Of a stretch of DNA of 64,000 bases, positions 62,666-64,000 are shown piece by piece. The translations under genes and the position numbers were made by a program. Source of the stretch: Clostridiaceae bacterium (GTDB lineage: Bacteria > Bacillota > Clostridia > Oscillospirales > QAMX01); NCBI GenBank assembly GCA_034926225.1, contig JAYFRF010000009.1, positions 3,134-67,133 on the forward strand, written 5' to 3'. The notes under the pieces are model-generated. The model searched no databases and was not told the DNA's origin. It worked only from the letters and a program-made list of their open reading frames with translations. Numbering within the stretch: the first letter of the stretch is position 1; the number at the start of each line of letters is the position of its first letter.

Positions 62666-64000
62666 ATGGAACACCGCATTTGGTCCCGCGCAATTGTTCT
62701 TTTGCTGGTTGTCGCCCTCGTCCTGACGACAGCCTGCTCATCCGGAGGCGGCACCGCGACTACGACAACCGCCGCGACGACCGCTGCGACGACAGCCGCT
62801 GCCACAACAACTGCTGCCGCCTCTACGACTGCCGGCACCACCCGCGCCACGACTGCGATTACCACCGCGCAGACCTCTACCGCGACGACGGTGCCCGCCA
62901 GCACCGACGCTCCGCACATTACCTGGTATGCGAACAACGGCGTCAACACCGACAACGATATGGTAATGGAATACCTTGAAAAGTATATCCTCGAGGCCAT
63001 CAACGTCGATGTGACCATCAACAACATGAGCGACGCCGACTACAAGGAAAAAGTTCCCGTTATGCTCAACGCCGGTCAGGAAATGGATATGATTATCTGC
63101 AACGCGTCCTTCAACAACGCCATTTCCGATATGGTGAAGATCAACGCGCTCCAGCCCGTGACCGAGTACTATGATACCCTCCTTGCCGATGTCGTAGCGA
63201 TCCTGCCGGAAAACATCTGGAAGGATTCCACCTACAAAGGCGAAATCTGGGGCGTCCCGCTCTATAAGAACCGCGTGCGCAACTACGACTTCCTCTACAA
63301 TAAGAACCTCGCCGAACAGCTCGGCGTCGGCGATTATATGTCCACTCTCGAATGGGAATTCATGCCCGACCTGATGGAAAAGCTCTACACCGTGAAGGAC
63401 GCGATGGATTCTCAGGGCTTCAGCGCGCCCTACGTGACGACGATGTATACCCCGGACAGCGCTCTTCGCAGCTTCGCCGCGATTGATACCCTCCAGGGCG
63501 ATAATACGAAGAAGGGCTATGCCTCGATCAACATCGACGGCGAGATCGGCTGCGCTTCTCAGCAGCACGGCGTCGTTTACAATGCCTACGGTACCGAAGA
63601 ATTCCGCGACTGGTGCCACCTCGCCTGGCAGTGGGTGCAGGACGGGATGGTTCCGCCGGATGATACCAAGAACATCGACCCCGATAACGCCCTGCGGACC
63701 AATGGCGAGCTCTTCGCCTGGGGCTCCTCCGGTCTTACCTCCATCGACCCCTTCTCCTTCTCCAACGACTATGAGACCGTTCTTATCCGCTCTAAGAAGG
63801 CGATCGGTCTGTCCAACGCCTCCAACGGCGTTTACTGCGTCCCCGCTTCCTCCAAGAACCCCGAAGCCGCGGTCAAGCTGATGAACCTCACCAACTCCGA
63901 CGGCTACCTCGCGACCTGCATGCGCTACGGTATCGAAAACACCCACTGGAAGTATGATACCGACGGCCAGGTGACCTTAGAGTTCGAAGGCTCCCGTAAC
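62666..64000 (+). CDS. ABC transporter extracellular solute-binding lipoprotein (partial, runs off window end)
   Basis: Not in the ORF track because it is open-ended. The ATG at 62666 follows GAAAGGAGAA. The signal peptide plus lipobox is LVVALVLTTAC-SSGG, followed by a Thr/Ala-rich linker and SBP-like sequence (ITWYANNGVNTDNDMV...). Confidence 0.8.
   Translation, partial: MEHRIWSRAIVLLLVVALVLTTACSSGGGTATTTTAATTAATTAAATTTAAASTTAGTTRATTAITTAQTSTATTVPASTDAPHITWYANNGVNTDNDMVMEYLEKYILEAINVDVTINNMSDADYKEKVPVMLNAGQEMDMIICNASFNNAISDMVKINALQPVTEYYDTLLADVVAILPENIWKDSTYKGEIWGVPLYKNRVRNYDFLYNKNLAEQLGVGDYMSTLEWEFMPDLMEKLYTVKDAMDSQGFSAPYVTTMYTPDSALRSFAAIDTLQGDNTKKGYASINIDGEIGCASQQHGVVYNAYGTEEFRDWCHLAWQWVQDGMVPPDDTKNIDPDNALRTNGELFAWGSSGLTSIDPFSFSNDYETVLIRSKKAIGLSNASNGVYCVPASSKNPEAAVKLMNLTNSDGYLATCMRYGIENTHWKYDTDGQVTLEFEGSRN

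Noticed and set aside
62740-62890. Apparent nucleotide repeat (ACGACnGCC...) that could be mistaken for a tandem-repeat or CRISPR-like element.
   Set aside because: It encodes the Thr/Ala-rich linker (TATTTTAATTAATTAAATTTAAASTTAGTT...) directly after the lipobox of the solute-binding lipoprotein. It is low-complexity coding sequence.
1-64000. CRISPR arrays, rRNA genes, and transposase/IS elements.
   Set aside because: I saw no regularly spaced direct repeats with unique spacers, no rRNA-like sequence and no transposase-like ORF on either strand.

Overview
The window splits into three blocks that differ in function and, by eye, in base composition. GC content was not computed.

(1) 1 to ~30.8 kb is a phage or prophage region, almost entirely on the minus strand and truncated at the left edge.
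- It reads right to left. The early/replication module comes first: sigma-like regulator, DUF2800 nuclease, DUF2815 SSB-like protein, family-A DNA polymerase, primase-helicase, VRR-NUC, SNF2 helicase.
- It continues with late regulators, an HNH endonuclease and the small terminase TerS.
- An inserted MetK + ParB-methyltransferase + acidic protein + DUF4314 module comes next.
- The large terminase TerL, portal, ClpP-like protease and HK97-fold capsid follow.
- The module ends with connectors, major tail protein, the G/GT chaperone with a -1 frameshift site, and the tape-measure N-terminus.
- Two essential genes carry inteins. TerL has a LAGLIDADG-containing intein with class-3 (Trp/Cys/Thr) hallmarks in its P-loop. 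The DNA polymerase has a 139-aa mini-intein in motif B, next to a free-standing HNH-like endonuclease gene.
- The major tail protein is interrupted by an in-frame TAG and a small HNH gene by an in-frame TAA.
- An AT-rich GNAT acetyltransferase cassette sits between the tail chaperone and tape-measure genes. It is associated with three copies of the tape-measure RBS/start sequence.

(2) ~30.8 to 40.3 kb is a visibly AT-richer island ending at an intact tRNA-Leu(CAA).
- It carries a 777-aa NACHT/STAND NTPase whose flanking domains I cannot assign.
- 20 bp downstream lies a translationally coupled HTH-hsdM-hsdS-hsdR Type I restriction-modification (R-M) operon, then a decayed DUF4357-type gene.
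- This island is my best candidate for an uncharacterised defence arrangement.

(3) 40.3 to 64 kb is GC-rich host chromosome that looks like a Clostridia/Oscillospiraceae-type organism; this is inference only.
- Genes include a DegT aminotransferase, a glutamine amidotransferase, an Smr protein, a HelD-like helicase and a GH2-like hydrolase.
- They continue with an Lhr-like helicase, aspartate kinase, a Trp T-box leader in front of trpB2, and argH.
- The block ends with two amidohydrolases, a HIT protein, a large hydrolase-like protein and a partial ABC substrate-binding lipoprotein.
- Intergenic regions hold arrays of perfect hairpins.

No CRISPR array, rRNA or integrase was found in the window.
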